Translations under genes and position numbers: made by a program
Notes under the pieces: model-generated
Told to the model about the DNA's origin: nothing
The model's input: only the letters and a program-made list of their open reading frames with translations
The model's database searches: none
Origin: Macrostomum lignano
Taxonomy: Eukaryota
DNA: 64,000 bases
Assembly: GCA_002269645.1 (NCBI GenBank)
Contig: NIVC01003372.1
Location: forward strand, 37,308 to 101,307
Reading direction: 5' to 3'
In this document: one piece after another, positions 12,505-26,259 of the stretch
Position numbering within the stretch: the first letter of the stretch is position 1
How the letters are laid out: the number at the start of each line of letters is the position of its first letter

Positions 12505-12990
12505 GGGTGAGATCTTCTTTCAGGATCAAGAGAGATTTCCAGGGTAAGATTTTCTATAGGAGGAGAGGTTTTCAGGGTGAGATTTTTTATATGAGGAGAG
12601 ATTCTCAGGGTGAGATTTTCTATAGGAGGAGAGATTTTCAATGTGAGATTTCATTTAGAAGGAGAGATTCTAGGGTGAGATTTTCTATAAGAGAAGAGAT
12701 TCTCAGGGTGAGATTTTCTATTGGAGGAGAGATTTTCAGGGTGAGATTTTCTATTGGAGGAGAGATTCTCAGGGTGAGATTTTCTATTGGAGGAGAGATT
12801 TTCAGGGTGAGATTTTCTATTGGAGGAGAGATTCTCAGGGTGAGATTTTCTATATGAGTAGAGGTTCACAGGGTGAGATTTTCTATAGGAGGAGAGATTT
12901 TCAGGGTGAGATTTTCTATTGGGGGAGAGATTCTCAGAGTGAGATTTTATATAAGAGAAAAGATTCTCGGTGAGATTCTAAAGGTTGAGA
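12505..12990. repeat. Minisatellite, ~33-bp unit (gagattctcagggtgagattttctattggagga)
   Basis: Visible tandem copies. Confidence 0.9.
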
Positions 12991-13864
12991 TTTAGTCAGG
13001 AAGGCTGGATTATCTGGGCGAGATTCTATCTATGGGGTGATATTTTGTCTAGGAAGGCTTAGATTCTCAGGATGAGATTCTCAGGGGTGAGACTTCTAGA
13101 TGAATTATCCCGTTTTGCATGCCCACCAGTCTGTTGGTATCCCCAGCTACTTTTGTCGGCAAGGGGCAAAGCAGTCTGCACAGATCTGCAGTGAGTTATG
13201 ATGCACAGCCGCCCTTTTCATTCAATCCCAGATCGTCATTGCTTTTTTGTACAGAGTTATACTATATCAGATTTAGTAAATTGCCTATATACACATCTAC
13301 ACCGCGTCTTTGTGTACCGCATGGGCGCAGCGGGTGGTATCAGGGGATATCACCCCCCCCCACTGGCTTCTTGTCCTTGGGCTGCCTTAACAATACTGCA
13401 AGTTGGTCGTGTCTCGTTTTATTGGTTAGCTATGGGTACAAAGACCACCGACAACTGTGGCTTGCACGTGGCCGCATATCTCCCCAACAGGGATATTGTG
13501 TGGGAGGGGAAGGCCGCCCTGTCAGGTCTGGCGTCACCTGCTGTCATTCCGTTAAAAATCCCCTCCTGTAAGAAAGATGGGAACAGGATATCGGCGACCC
13601 CATAACAGACAGGATATCTTACAGATTCATAGAAGGCCAACAAAAACAGTAAAACAGGGGGTGGTGGCCGCCAACCACCAATCCAAGGGCACCTGTTGAA
13701 TTCTGTAATGCTCTGAGTGCCCGACTGTCTGCTTTCGTCTATGTTCCATTATTTGTAGGGCCACTGCTTCAGGACACGCGCGTAATGGATCAATCACAGA
13801 TAGACACTTGCCGCGGAGGCCCGGCCTGCATGCACGATCTGTATGTTGGGGTTGTGTATCACTT

Positions 13865-16800
13865 AGTCTATTCCCCATCTATCTAATCCATTCCCAATAT
13901 ATCTAATCTGTTCCAAATCTCTACAGTATATTCCCAATATATTTAATCTAATCCCTATCTATCTATAGTCTATTCCTAATTCTATTTAATCTATTCTCAA
14001 TCTATCTGTAATCTGTAGTCTATACCAAATCTATTTAGTCTATTCCCAACTCTATCTAGTCTATTCCCAACTCTATCTAGTCTATTCCCAACTCTATCTA
14101 GTCTATTCCCAATCTTATTTACGGTTGTAGTTTATCCCCAATCTATCTAGTTCATCTCAACTCTATTCTATTCCCAATCTATCTAGTCTATTCCCAATCT
14201 ATCTAGTCTACTCCCAATCTTATCTAGTCTATTCCCAACTCTATCTAGTCTATTCCCAATCTATCTAGTCTATTCCCAATCTATATAGTCTATTCCCAAC
14301 TCTATCTAGTCTACTCCCAATCTTATCTAGTCTATTCCCAACTCTATCTAGTCTATTCCCAACTCTATCTAGTCTATTCCCAATCTATCTAGTCTATTCC
14401 CAATCTATCTAGTCTATTCCCAACTCTATATCTAGTCTATTCCCAACTCTATATCTAGTCTATTCCCAACTCTATCTAGTCTATTCCCAACTCTATATCT
14501 AGTCTATTCCCAACTCTATCTAGTCTATTCCCAATCTATCTAGTCTATTCCCAACTCTATATCTAGTCTATTCCCAATCTATCTAGTCTATTCCCAATCT
14601 ATCTAGTCTATTCCCAACTCTATATCTAGTCTATTCCCAACTCTATCTAGTCTATTCCCAACTCTATATCTAGTCTATTCCCAACTCTATATCTAGTCTA
14701 TTCCCAACTCTATCTAGTCTATTCCCAACTCTATATCTAGTCTATTCCCAACTCTATCTAGTCTATTCCCAACTCTGTCTAGTCTATTCCCAACTCTATC
14801 TAGTCTATTCCCAACTCTATCTAGTCTATTCCCAACTCTATCTAGTCTATTCCCAACTCTATCTAGTCTATTCCCAATCTATCTAGTCTATTCCCAACTC
14901 TGTCTAGTCTATTCCCAACTCTATCTAGTCTATTCCCAACTCTATATCTAGTCTATTCCCAACTCTATATCTAGTCTATTCCCAACTCTGTCTAGTCTAT
15001 TCCCAACTCTATATCTAGTCTATTCCCAACTCTGTCTAGTCTATTCCCAACTCTATCTAGTCTATTCCCAATCTATCTAGTCTATTTCCAATCTATCTAG
15101 TCTATTCCCAACTCTGTCTAGTCTATTCCCAACTCTATCTAGTCTATTCCCAACTCTATATCTAGTCTATTCCCAACTCTATATCTAGTCTATTCCCAAC
15201 TCTGTCTAGTCTATTCCCAACTCTATATCTAGTCTATTCCCAACTCTGTCTAGTCTATTCCCAACTCTATCTAGTCTATTCCCAATCTATCTAGTCTATT
15301 TCCAATCTATCTAGTCTATTCCCAATCTATCTAGTTTATTTCCAATCTATCTAGTCTATTTCCAATCTATCTAGTCTATTTCCAATCTATCTAGTCTATT
15401 TCCAATCTATCTAGTCTATTTCCAATCTATCTAGTCTATTTCCAATCTATCTAGTCTATTCCCAATCTATCTAGTCTACTCCCAATCTTATCTAGTCTAT
15501 TCCCAATCTATCTAGTCTATTCCCAATCTATCTAGTCTATTTCCAATCTATCTAGTCTATTCCTAATCTATCTAGTCTACTCCCAATCTTATCTAGTCTA
15601 TTCCCAATCTATCTAGTCTATTCCCAATCTATCTAGTCTATTCCCAATCTATCTAGTCTATTCTCAATCTATCTAGTCTATTCCCAACTCTATCTAGTCT
15701 ATTCCCAACTCTATCTAGTCTATTCCCAACTCTATCTAGTCTATTCCCAACTCTATCTAGTCTATTCCCAACTCTATCTAGTTTATTCTCAATCTATCTA
15801 GTCTATTCCCAATCTATCTAGTCTATTCCCAACTCTATCTAGTCTATTCCCAATCTATCTAGTCTATTCCCAATCTATCTAGTCTATTCCCAATCTATCT
15901 AGTCTATTCCCAATCTATCTAGTCTATTCCCAATCTATCTAGTCTATTCCCAATCTATCTAGTCTATTCCCAATCTATCTAGTCTACTCCCAATCTTATC
16001 TAGTCTATTCCCAACTCTATCTAGTCTATTCCCAACTCTATCTAGTCTATTCCCAACTCTATCTAGTCTATTCCCAACTCTATCTAGTCTATTCCCAACT
16101 CTATCTAGTCTATTCCCAATCTATCTAGTCTATTCCCAATCTATCTAGTCTACTCCCAATCTTATCTAGTCTATTCCCAACTCTATCTAGTCTATTCCCA
16201 ACTCTATCTAGTCTATTCCCAACTCTATCTAGTCTATTCCCAATCTATCTAGTCTATTCCCAATCTATCTAGTCTACTCCCAATCTTATCTAGTCTATTC
16301 CCAACTCTATCTAGTCTATTCCCAACTCTATCTAGTCTATTCCCAACTCTATCTAGTCTATTCCCAACTCTATCTAGTCTATTCCCAACTCTATCTAGTC
16401 TATTCCCAACTCTATCTAGTTTATTCTCAATCTATCTAGTCTATTCCCAACTCTATCTAGTCTATTCCCAACTCTATCTAGTCTATTCCCAACTCTATCT
16501 AGTCTATTCCCAACTCTATCTAGTCTATTCCCAACTCTATCTAGTTTATTCTCAATCTATCTAGTCTATTCCCAACTCTATCTAGTTTATTCTCAATCTA
16601 TCTAGTCTATTCCCAACTCTATCTAGTCTATTCCCAACTCTATCTAGTCTATTCCCAACTCTATCTAGTCTATTCCCAACTCTATCTAGTTTATTCTCAA
16701 TCTATCTAGTCTATTCCCAACTCTATCTAGTCTATTCCCAACTCTATATCTAGTCTATTCCCAACTCTATCTAGTCTATTCCCAACTCTATATCTAGTCT

Positions 16801-18570
16801 ATTCCCAACTCTATCTAGTTTATTCTCAATCTATCTAGTCTATTCCCAACTCTATCTAGTCTATTCCCAACTCTATCTAGTTTATTCTCAATCTATCTAG
16901 TCTATTCCCAACTCTATCTAGTCTATTCCCAACTCTATCTAGTCTATTCCCAATCTATCTAGTCTACTCCCAATCTTATCTAGTCTATTCCCAACTCTAT
17001 CTAGTCTATTCCCAACTCTATATCTAGTCTATTCCCAACTCTATCTAGTCTATTCCCAACTCTATCTAGTTTATTCTCAATCTATCTAGTCTATTCCCAA
17101 CTCTATCTAGTCTATTCCCAACTCTATCTAGTCTATTCCCAATCTATCTAGTCTATTCCCAATCTATCTAGTCTATTCCCAATCTATCTAGTCTACTCCC
17201 AATCTTATCTAGTCTATTCCCAACTCTATCTAGTCTATTCCCAACTCTATCTAGTCTATTCCCAACTCTATCTAGTCTATTCCCAACTCTATCTAGTCTA
17301 TTCCCAACTCTATCTAGTCTATTCCCAATCTATCTAGTCTATTCCCAATCTATCTAGTCTACTCCCAATCTTATCTAGTCTATTCCCAACTCTATCTAGT
17401 CTATTCCCAACTCTATCTAGTCTATTCCCAACTCTATCTAGTCTATTCCCAATCTATCTAGTCTATTCCCAATCTATCTAGTCTACTCCCAATCTTATCT
17501 AGTCTATTCCCAACTCTATCTAGTCTATTCCCAACTCTATCTAGTCTATTCCCAACTCTATCTAGTCTATTCCCAACTCTATCTAGTCTATTCCCAACTC
17601 TATCTAGTCTATTCCCAACTCTATCTAGTTTATTCTCAATCTATCTAGTCTATTCCCAACTCTATCTAGTCTATTCCCAACTCTATCTAGTCTATTCCCA
17701 ACTCTATCTAGTCTATTCCCAACTCTATCTAGTCTATTCCCAACTCTATCTAGTTTATTCTCAATCTATCTAGTCTATTCCCAACTCTATCTAGTTTATT
17801 CTCAATCTATCTAGTCTATTCCCAACTCTATCTAGTCTATTCCCAACTCTATCTAGTCTATTCCCAACTCTATCTAGTCTATTCCCAACTCTATCTAGTT
17901 TATTCTCAATCTATCTAGTCTATTCCCAACTCTATCTAGTCTATTCCCAACTCTATATCTAGTCTATTCCCAACTCTATCTAGTCTATTCCCAACTCTAT
18001 ATCTAGTCTATTCCCAACTCTATCTAGTTTATTCTCAATCTATCTAGTCTATTCCCAACTCTATCTAGTCTATTCCTAACTCTATCTAGTTTATTCTCAA
18101 TCTATCTAGTCTATTCCCAACTCTATCTAGTTTATTCTCAATCTATCTAGTCTATTCCCAACTCTATCTAGTCTATTCCTAACTCTATCTAGTTTATTCT
18201 CAATCTATCTAGTCTATTCCCAACTCTATCTAGTCTATTCCCAACTCTATCTAGTCTATTCCCAATCTATCTAGTCTACTCCCAATCTTATCTAGTCTAT
18301 TCCCAACTCTATCTAGTCTATTCCCAACTCTATATCTAGTCTATTCCCAACTCTATCTAGTCTATTCCCAACTCTATCTAGTTTATTCTCAATCTATCTA
18401 GTCTATTCCCAACTCTATCTAGTCTATTCCCAATCTATCTAGTCTATTCCCAATCTATCTAGTCTACTCCCAATCTTATCTAGTCTATTCCCAACTCTAT
18501 CTAGTCTATTCCCAACTCTACCTATAGTTTATCCCCAATCTATCTAATCTATTCCTAATCTATCTAGTCT
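13865..18570. repeat. Large minisatellite (~4.7 kb), 20-23-bp units (ctagtctattcccaa(c)tctat)
   Basis: More than 200 tandem copies with a few recurring variants. Confidence 0.97.
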
Positions 18571-19674
18571 AGTCCAACTGAAATCTTGTTAACGAAGAAA
18601 TGCATGAAAAAAGCAAATAATTTTCGATTCTGGTCTCCTTAAGCATGAAGGGCAAGAGGAGGCCGTTTGCAGTTCCACCTTCCAGTGCAGATCTGCAGCA
18701 CTGAGCAGGCAAGGTTTTGCTGCACCACAAGCTGAGTACTGAACAGCTCAATCAAGAGCAAAATCTCTCTTATAGTCTGTTTTCGTCTTCCAAAGAAGCA
18801 GAATAATTTCATTTTTTTACGAATAGCAGCCTTTCCGTTTTTGCCCTGTATACTGTCTTTCGCAACTGCGCCAGAAGCAGCAAGCAGAAAGCTCGAAGAG
18901 ACAGAGAGAGCGGCAAAATGCAGGTAAAAAGAACCCCACACAGTATCAATTTCGTCTCAAACGACAAAAACGATCGAACTGCGCAAGGAAGGAATGAAAG
19001 CAATATCTTAAATATGAGACAGGCAGTGCAGAACTGCATGTAGCCATTTGCAATCGAAAATCGAGTTTGAAAACTGATTGATCATTTATTGTATAGATAG
19101 GGCCAAAGTCTGATATATAGCTTGAACGGGTATATAGTAAACTTTTAAACACACAAGAAAATGCGTTAATTTATTAACGCTAGCGAGTTGCTTTCTTTTA
19201 GCAAAGCAAATTTGTCTTAAGTGTTGTTCTCAGCATGTTGTTCCTTAATCCTATCATAGATCCTCTGTAGTCTTCTGTGTTTTATTTGCAATCACTTTAC
19301 TAAATCTCGCTTCCGCCATACCTGTGCATTCTTGCTTCAATTGGTTCAGTTCCTTCTCTTTAGACGAGGATAAACAAACAATAATGAGTGATGAAGCATG
19401 CTCAATGCGCCTATATAGTCTCACTTCGTACTTTTAGATACTTTTAAAAGAAAGAAAATAAAAGGACAGCTAAAACCGGCTATACTGTGGATTGGGCATC
19501 AAAGAGGTCATCTGACCCTCCAGACTGACCAATAAAAAGGGCCTCATGTCATGGCCTGCAGTGGTCGGCTACTCGTCCAGCGAAGCCTCTTTATCCGCCC
19601 TCTTGGGTCCTTGAAACTTCACAATTGGCAATCCGACCTGCTCTCAACGTTTGTCTATTCTCAGATGTCTTCTT

Positions 19675-19975
19675 AGCTCTCTCCTCTCTTTCCTCTCTTT
19701 CCTTCCTCTCCTCTCCTCTCCTCTCCTCTCCTCTCCTCTCCTCTCCTCTCCTCTCGTCTCCTCTCCTCTCCTCTTCTCTCCTCTCCTCTCCTCTCCTCTC
19801 CTCTCCTCTCCTCTCCTCTCCTCTCCTCTCCTCTCCTCTCCTCTCCTCTCCTCTCCTCTCCTCTCCTCTCGTCTCCTCTCCTCTCGTCTCCTCTCCTCTC
19901 GTCTCCTCTCCTCTCCTCTCCTCTCCTCTCCTCTCCTTTCCTCTTCTCTCCTTTCCTCTTCTCTCCTCTAATCCT
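19675..19975. repeat. (CTCCT)n pentanucleotide microsatellite
   Basis: Directly visible. Confidence 0.95.
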
Positions 19976-20267
19976 CTCCTAATCTAATCTAAGAGGAAGG
20001 ATCGAGCGCCAATAAACTAATTCAGAATTTGCTCGAGATTTCCCAAGCCAGACTATGGCTGATCCCTCATTGGTTGCCGCAAAAATGCCCGCAAAGACAA
20101 TCCCGCCAGCCAACCAGACAAAGCTGGAATCCCCCCCCCCAGCAGAGTTCCCATTCTCGCATTCGGGCCCCACCTCGAGCGGCACGCCATTCTCTTCACC
20201 TGAAATTCTCTTCACCCTCCTCAGTAAATAACTTGCCGGCGAGCCCCCAGACCCAGGCAGTTCAGGA

Positions 20268-20351
20268 ATGACGCTTGGCACTCCAAGAATGAACCTCAAC
20301 ATTCAGACTCCGCCACTGACGCAGCTCTACACCAGCTACGGGCAGTATCCG
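20268..20351 (+). CDS. vgll: Vestigial-like gene, probable coding exon 1 (MTLGTPRMNLNIQTPPLTQLYTSYGQYP)
   Basis: ATG at 20268 or 20289, donor CCG|GTAAGA at 20352 (phase 0) compatible with the phase-0 acceptor at 23227. LYTSYGQYP loosely resembles the Tyr-rich N-termini of Vg/VGLL proteins. Confidence 0.55.
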
Positions 20352-20544
20352 GTAAGAAAGGAATTCTCTTCTCTGTATAGAGTGTAATTGACCACCATTG
20401 CAATTTTTGCCATTTTGGCATTCCATCGACCCCTGGCGCAGTGATAGAGACACTGCTGCGATTGTGTGCGCACGTAGCCTGTAGCTGCGCTGGGACTCAC
20501 GATGTCAAGGATTTGAGGGCTGCATAGCAACCATTTCTGTTGGT

Positions 20545-22084
<1,540 letters not shown>

Positions 22085-22606
22085 CCTTCACCCTGTGCGA
22101 ATCTGTGATTTTTCAGAATCAACAAATTCACCAATTGACTTTTGTCAAGGCTTCAAACCTATTAAATAATGAGTTTCTATATGCCCGATCTGATGGGTGT
22201 TTGACAGACTGTTAAAATCAGCACTGGTTGAAAACGAACAGCCGTGTGCATTTGATCTGCTGGAGACTGACTTTAAAATAACATTAACGGGAGTTTGTAA
22301 CTATACCCCTCTTTGAATACCAGCAACCTGATGAAAACTAGGAACAGCTTTGTGTAGGGTAAACCGCATGATAGCTACACGTCAGTGGCTGCTAATATTC
22401 TATATGCATGATGCAATTGACTTAAATGGCAAAAATGCTTTCATATTTAACTAGTTTGGACAGCGTGTTTATATTTTTTTGGGGGAAAGAGTAATTTTTG
22501 GGATTTTTCATTCCATCCCATCATTGCCTGTTGCTTCAGCTGAAAGCATAGTCAGAATGCGGTCGGTACTTATTATTCCTAACATGTATACGTAGGTCTG
22601 TCAACT

Positions 22607-23210
22607 CCCCTATTCAGTCAAGGCTTGATGGAATCCGCCCCCTATTCAGTCAAGGTTAAGATGGAATCCGCCCCCTATTCAGTCAAGGTTAAGATTGTCA
22701 AGTCGCGCCCAGTAAACGATGACAAGGCCGCCCGTGGGCTTGGTTTGAGTCAAGTACGAGGTTGTGTATTTGAGACAAGCGAGATATTGCAACGACAGTG
22801 AGTTACGAGGTGGTAGGTGGCAAGACCAACATATAGGCTTAAAAGACAAACAAGTAAGTGAGCTTAAAACTCAGAATCGATCACTACTGAATATTATCAT
22901 GTCAAGGGGGGAGAGAGAGAAAGTATGCAGAGCAGCGTACACCGGAGTAGGCCGGTTTGGTTAGTTAGGCTGGCTGGCTAGTTAGAGTTACTCAATATTG
23001 GACTCAGGTGAGTCAGGTGCAGTACAGTACATCAAAACACGCCCGGCACCTCAAAGATGGAATCCGCCCCCTATTCAGTCAAGTTTAAGATGGAATCCGC
23101 CCCCTATTCAGTCAAGTTTAAGATGGAATCCGCCCCCTATTCAGTCAAGGTTAAGATGGAATCCGCCCCCTATTCAGTCAAGTTTAAGATGGAATCCGCC
23201 CCCTATTCAG
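22607..23210. repeat. 33-bp minisatellite (gatggaatccgccccctattcagtcaag(g/t)ttaa) in two clusters, 22607-22695 and 23054-23210
   Basis: The same unit occurs in both clusters, separated by a 358-bp unique insert. Confidence 0.9.
22696..23053. mobile_element. Candidate solo LTR (358 bp, TG...CA, 5-bp TSD AAGAT)
   Basis: Insert begins TGTC at 22696 and ends CTCA at 23053. AAGAT occurs at 22691-22695 and 23054-23058, whereas the uninterrupted repeat unit has it once. Confidence 0.55.
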
Positions 23211-23227
23211 CCTTGATTCCCTCTAAG

Positions 23228-24336
23228 CCACCCCATAAGCTTCTCAAAGAAATCGAATTTCCAAATTCGCAATTCCCGCAGCTGCACGGCCCGCATCATC
23301 ACGGTTCCGCCGGCAGCGCCTTCGATCACTGCATCCCGCATGCCGCTGTGGCCGCAGCAGCTGCTGCAGCTGCAGCCGCCGCAACGGCTGATGATCCATT
23401 CGAGGCAAATTATCAGCAGCCACCGCCGCCGCCACTGCTGCAGCATCAGCAGCAGCAGCAGCCAATTCAAGTCGCCTGCCCGTCAAAGTCGGAGCAGAGG
23501 TCTCCACAGCACTTCAGCTACACTGAGTCCCTGGCGTTGCAGCCGGGCGCCGACAACACGCCGTGCTTGAGAACTAACCGACGACACAGCGGCGCGGACG
23601 ACAGAGCTAAAGATGACGATACTCGAGAGGCTGAGGACTCGGAGGACTCGGTGGGCGCGCCTCCAACAGTGATGTACCTGAGCGCCAACTGCCTGCTGCT
23701 GTCCTACATCGGGCAGTCAAGCGCGGAGCAGGCCGTGCAGGAGCATTTCACCCGGGCGCTGAGTCAGCCGTCCAGCTTCTCCCGCGAGCATCCGGGAAGT
23801 CGGCCTAGTTGGCCGAATGACTATGTCACCGAATCGCAGGTGCACAGGCAGCATCAGCAGCAGCATCAGCAGCTGCATCAGCATCAACACCAGCACCATC
23901 ACGGTCATACCTACAGCCAGCTTCATCAGCAAGTCGAACTTGCTCATCAGTTTCCTCAAGAGCCTCAGCAACAACAGCAGCAGCCTCAGCCGCATCAGTT
24001 TCATTCTCAGCAGTATCAACACCTGATGGAGTCGTTGCATAATCCCCAGCTTCACCAGCAGCCTCATCCTGGAGGAGTCCGACCTCCCACGGCCGCTTCG
24101 AACTGGTCGTCGGCCTACCAGATGGCCTACCACAACCCTCTGTCGCACTACTACCAGCCCATGGCGTGCCAGAACCCCTACCCGACCTACTATCCGAGGT
24201 ACGACTCCACCACAGCGGCTGCGGCTGCGGCTTACAACTCCCTGGCTGCTGGGGCGGCGGCTTACAATAAGATTGATCCCTCACCGCTAGATGCCTGGAC
24301 AAGTCAAGCCTTCAGGCACTTCGCTGCGTCCGATAA
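23228..24336 (+). CDS. vgll: Vestigial-like transcriptional cofactor, main exon containing the Vg/TDU (TEAD/Scalloped-binding) motif; Q/H/A-rich
   Basis: MYLSANCLLLSYIGQSSAEQAVQEHFTRALSQ matches the Tondu motif (Y..S.CV.FTY..GD....VDEHFSRAL). Acceptor ctctaag| at 23227; donor AA|GTGAGT at 24337 (phase 2). Confidence 0.85.
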
Positions 24337-24535
24337 GTGAGTGCATGGCTTTTGGTGCTGAAAGAGGTCAGGAGAGGTCAGGAGAGAGTCAGAGGGCTTA
24401 GAGTAGGTCAGTGGTCAGGTACATTGTGGTATTGTGAAGTCATTAGGCGATTTTTTATATATTCATGCATTGCTACTCGCACCGCTCCCACATCAGTAGT
24501 CTAACAAGCAATCCAAATTTATTAATTTTTGTCAG

Positions 24536-24710
24536 CGTATTGAGCAGCTACGGCTATCATCAGCCAACTATGGCGGACAAGAAGCTGCCAGAGGATCCGT
24601 GGAAGGCGCTGTACCAGCAGCATCAGCACCACAGCGGGCAGTCGGCTCTCACGGCGCCTTACTCAGCCTCACCTTACTCAAGTCGAAGAGACTCGCTCTG
24701 GCTGCAATGA
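24536..24710 (+). CDS. vgll: Vestigial-like gene, last coding exon (...PYSSRRDSLWLQ*)
   Basis: Acceptor tttgtcag| at 24535 is phase-compatible with the 24337 donor and joins the 24465-24710 frame. The C-terminal DSLWL resembles the aromatic C-terminal motif of Vg (DLYWF). Confidence 0.75.
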
Positions 24711-25169
24711 GCTCTGCTTACTCTCGACTCGTCACTTGAAAACATTTTGATCATTCTCTGTTTCAGTTATAAAAATGATAAATAAAAGTAACATTTTCTC
24801 TCTGATGCTACTACTTCCTGACGTGTTTGAGTTAGTAGTATGGTAGCAACTTTAGGCAAACTATTTCCTTCTGAGCCGTAGTTTTATAAATTTTATTTTT
24901 AAATGGACACTGTTTGGCAGAAATACTCTTGACAGCTGTTATAATCTGTATTTTACTGTTTTACTGTCGCGGCTCTCGATCCTGTTCAGTCTCAAATTTT
25001 CTCCCCCCGAGAAAAAAACCTGCCTGCTGCAATAATTTGCTTACTGCTTTGTAACTGTTCTCTTCTGGATTTTTTCTCTTGTTGTTGAGGTGCGGCCAGT
25101 AGGTGATCGTTTCTTGTGTATAGATTGATTAGATTCATGCCTTTGCTGCGGTCTGTCATGCCCTGCTCT

Positions 25170-25216
25170 GTCTTAGTGTCTGTCTGTCTGTCTGTCTGTC
25201 TGTGTGTCTGTCTGTG

Positions 25217-25251
<35 letters not shown>

Positions 25252-25300
25252 GTGTCTGTCTGTCTGTCTGTCTGTGTGTCTGTCTGTCTGTCTGTGTGTG

Positions 25301-25375
<75 letters not shown>

Positions 25376-25466
25376 GTGTCTGTCTGTGTGTCTGTCTGTC
25401 TGTCTTTCTGTCTGTCTGTCTGTCTTTCTATGTGTCTGTCTGTCTGTCTGTCTGTCTATCTGTCTA

Positions 25467-25507
<41 letters not shown>

Positions 25508-25598
25508 GTGTCTGTCTGTGTGTCTGTCTGTCTGTCTTTCTGTCTGTCTGTCTGTCTTTCTATGTGTCTGTCTGTCTGTCTGTCTGTCTATCTGTCTA

Positions 25599-25629
<31 letters not shown>

Positions 25630-25656
25630 TAGTGTCTGTCAATCTGTCTGTCTGTG

Positions 25657-25693
<37 letters not shown>

Positions 25694-25760
25694 TAGTGTC
25701 TGTCTGTCTGTCTTAGTGTCTGTCTGTCTTTCTGTCTGTCTGTCTGTCTGTCTGTCTTAG

Positions 25761-25818
<58 letters not shown>
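25170..25818. repeat. (TCTG)n microsatellite with variants
   Basis: Directly visible. Confidence 0.95.
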
Positions 25819-25819
<1 letters not shown>

Positions 25820-26259
25820 ATCGATTCGCACTGCACTGGAATCAATCAAATCAGAGACAGTGTGCTCGCTTACAAGTTCCTTCCTTTGTTCTGTTTCTAC
25901 AGCGTTGATTTCATTCTGCGGTGCTCAGTTTTAAAATATACAAAAAAGCGATTGACTTTGAACTTAAAGGGGCAAATTTAGCGACTTCTGTGGCTCTCGT
26001 TGCATTGTTGCCAAGGAGAATGGCTGCCCGCATACGCAGTGCCACAAATGGGTCACGGTATTGGTTTCGAATGCCAGCCAATCAGGACAAAATTTAAAAT
26101 AAATTTTTAAAGGCAAAGGGGAAGTGCAGTAGTACTTATTGCGGTGGCTAATCTCTGCTGGGCTGTGAATCCATTTTACGAGCGTATACCGCCTGCTTTG
26201 AGTCAAGGTGAGTTTGCGTCTGGTTAAAATCTGGTACTGCCCTGGCTCAGGGAAGTCAG

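Noticed and set aside
23057-23227. ORF-track start MESAPYSVKFK... as the vgll N-terminus
   Set aside because: It is the 33-bp intronic minisatellite read in frame; a phase-0 acceptor at 23227 matches the upstream donor at 20352.
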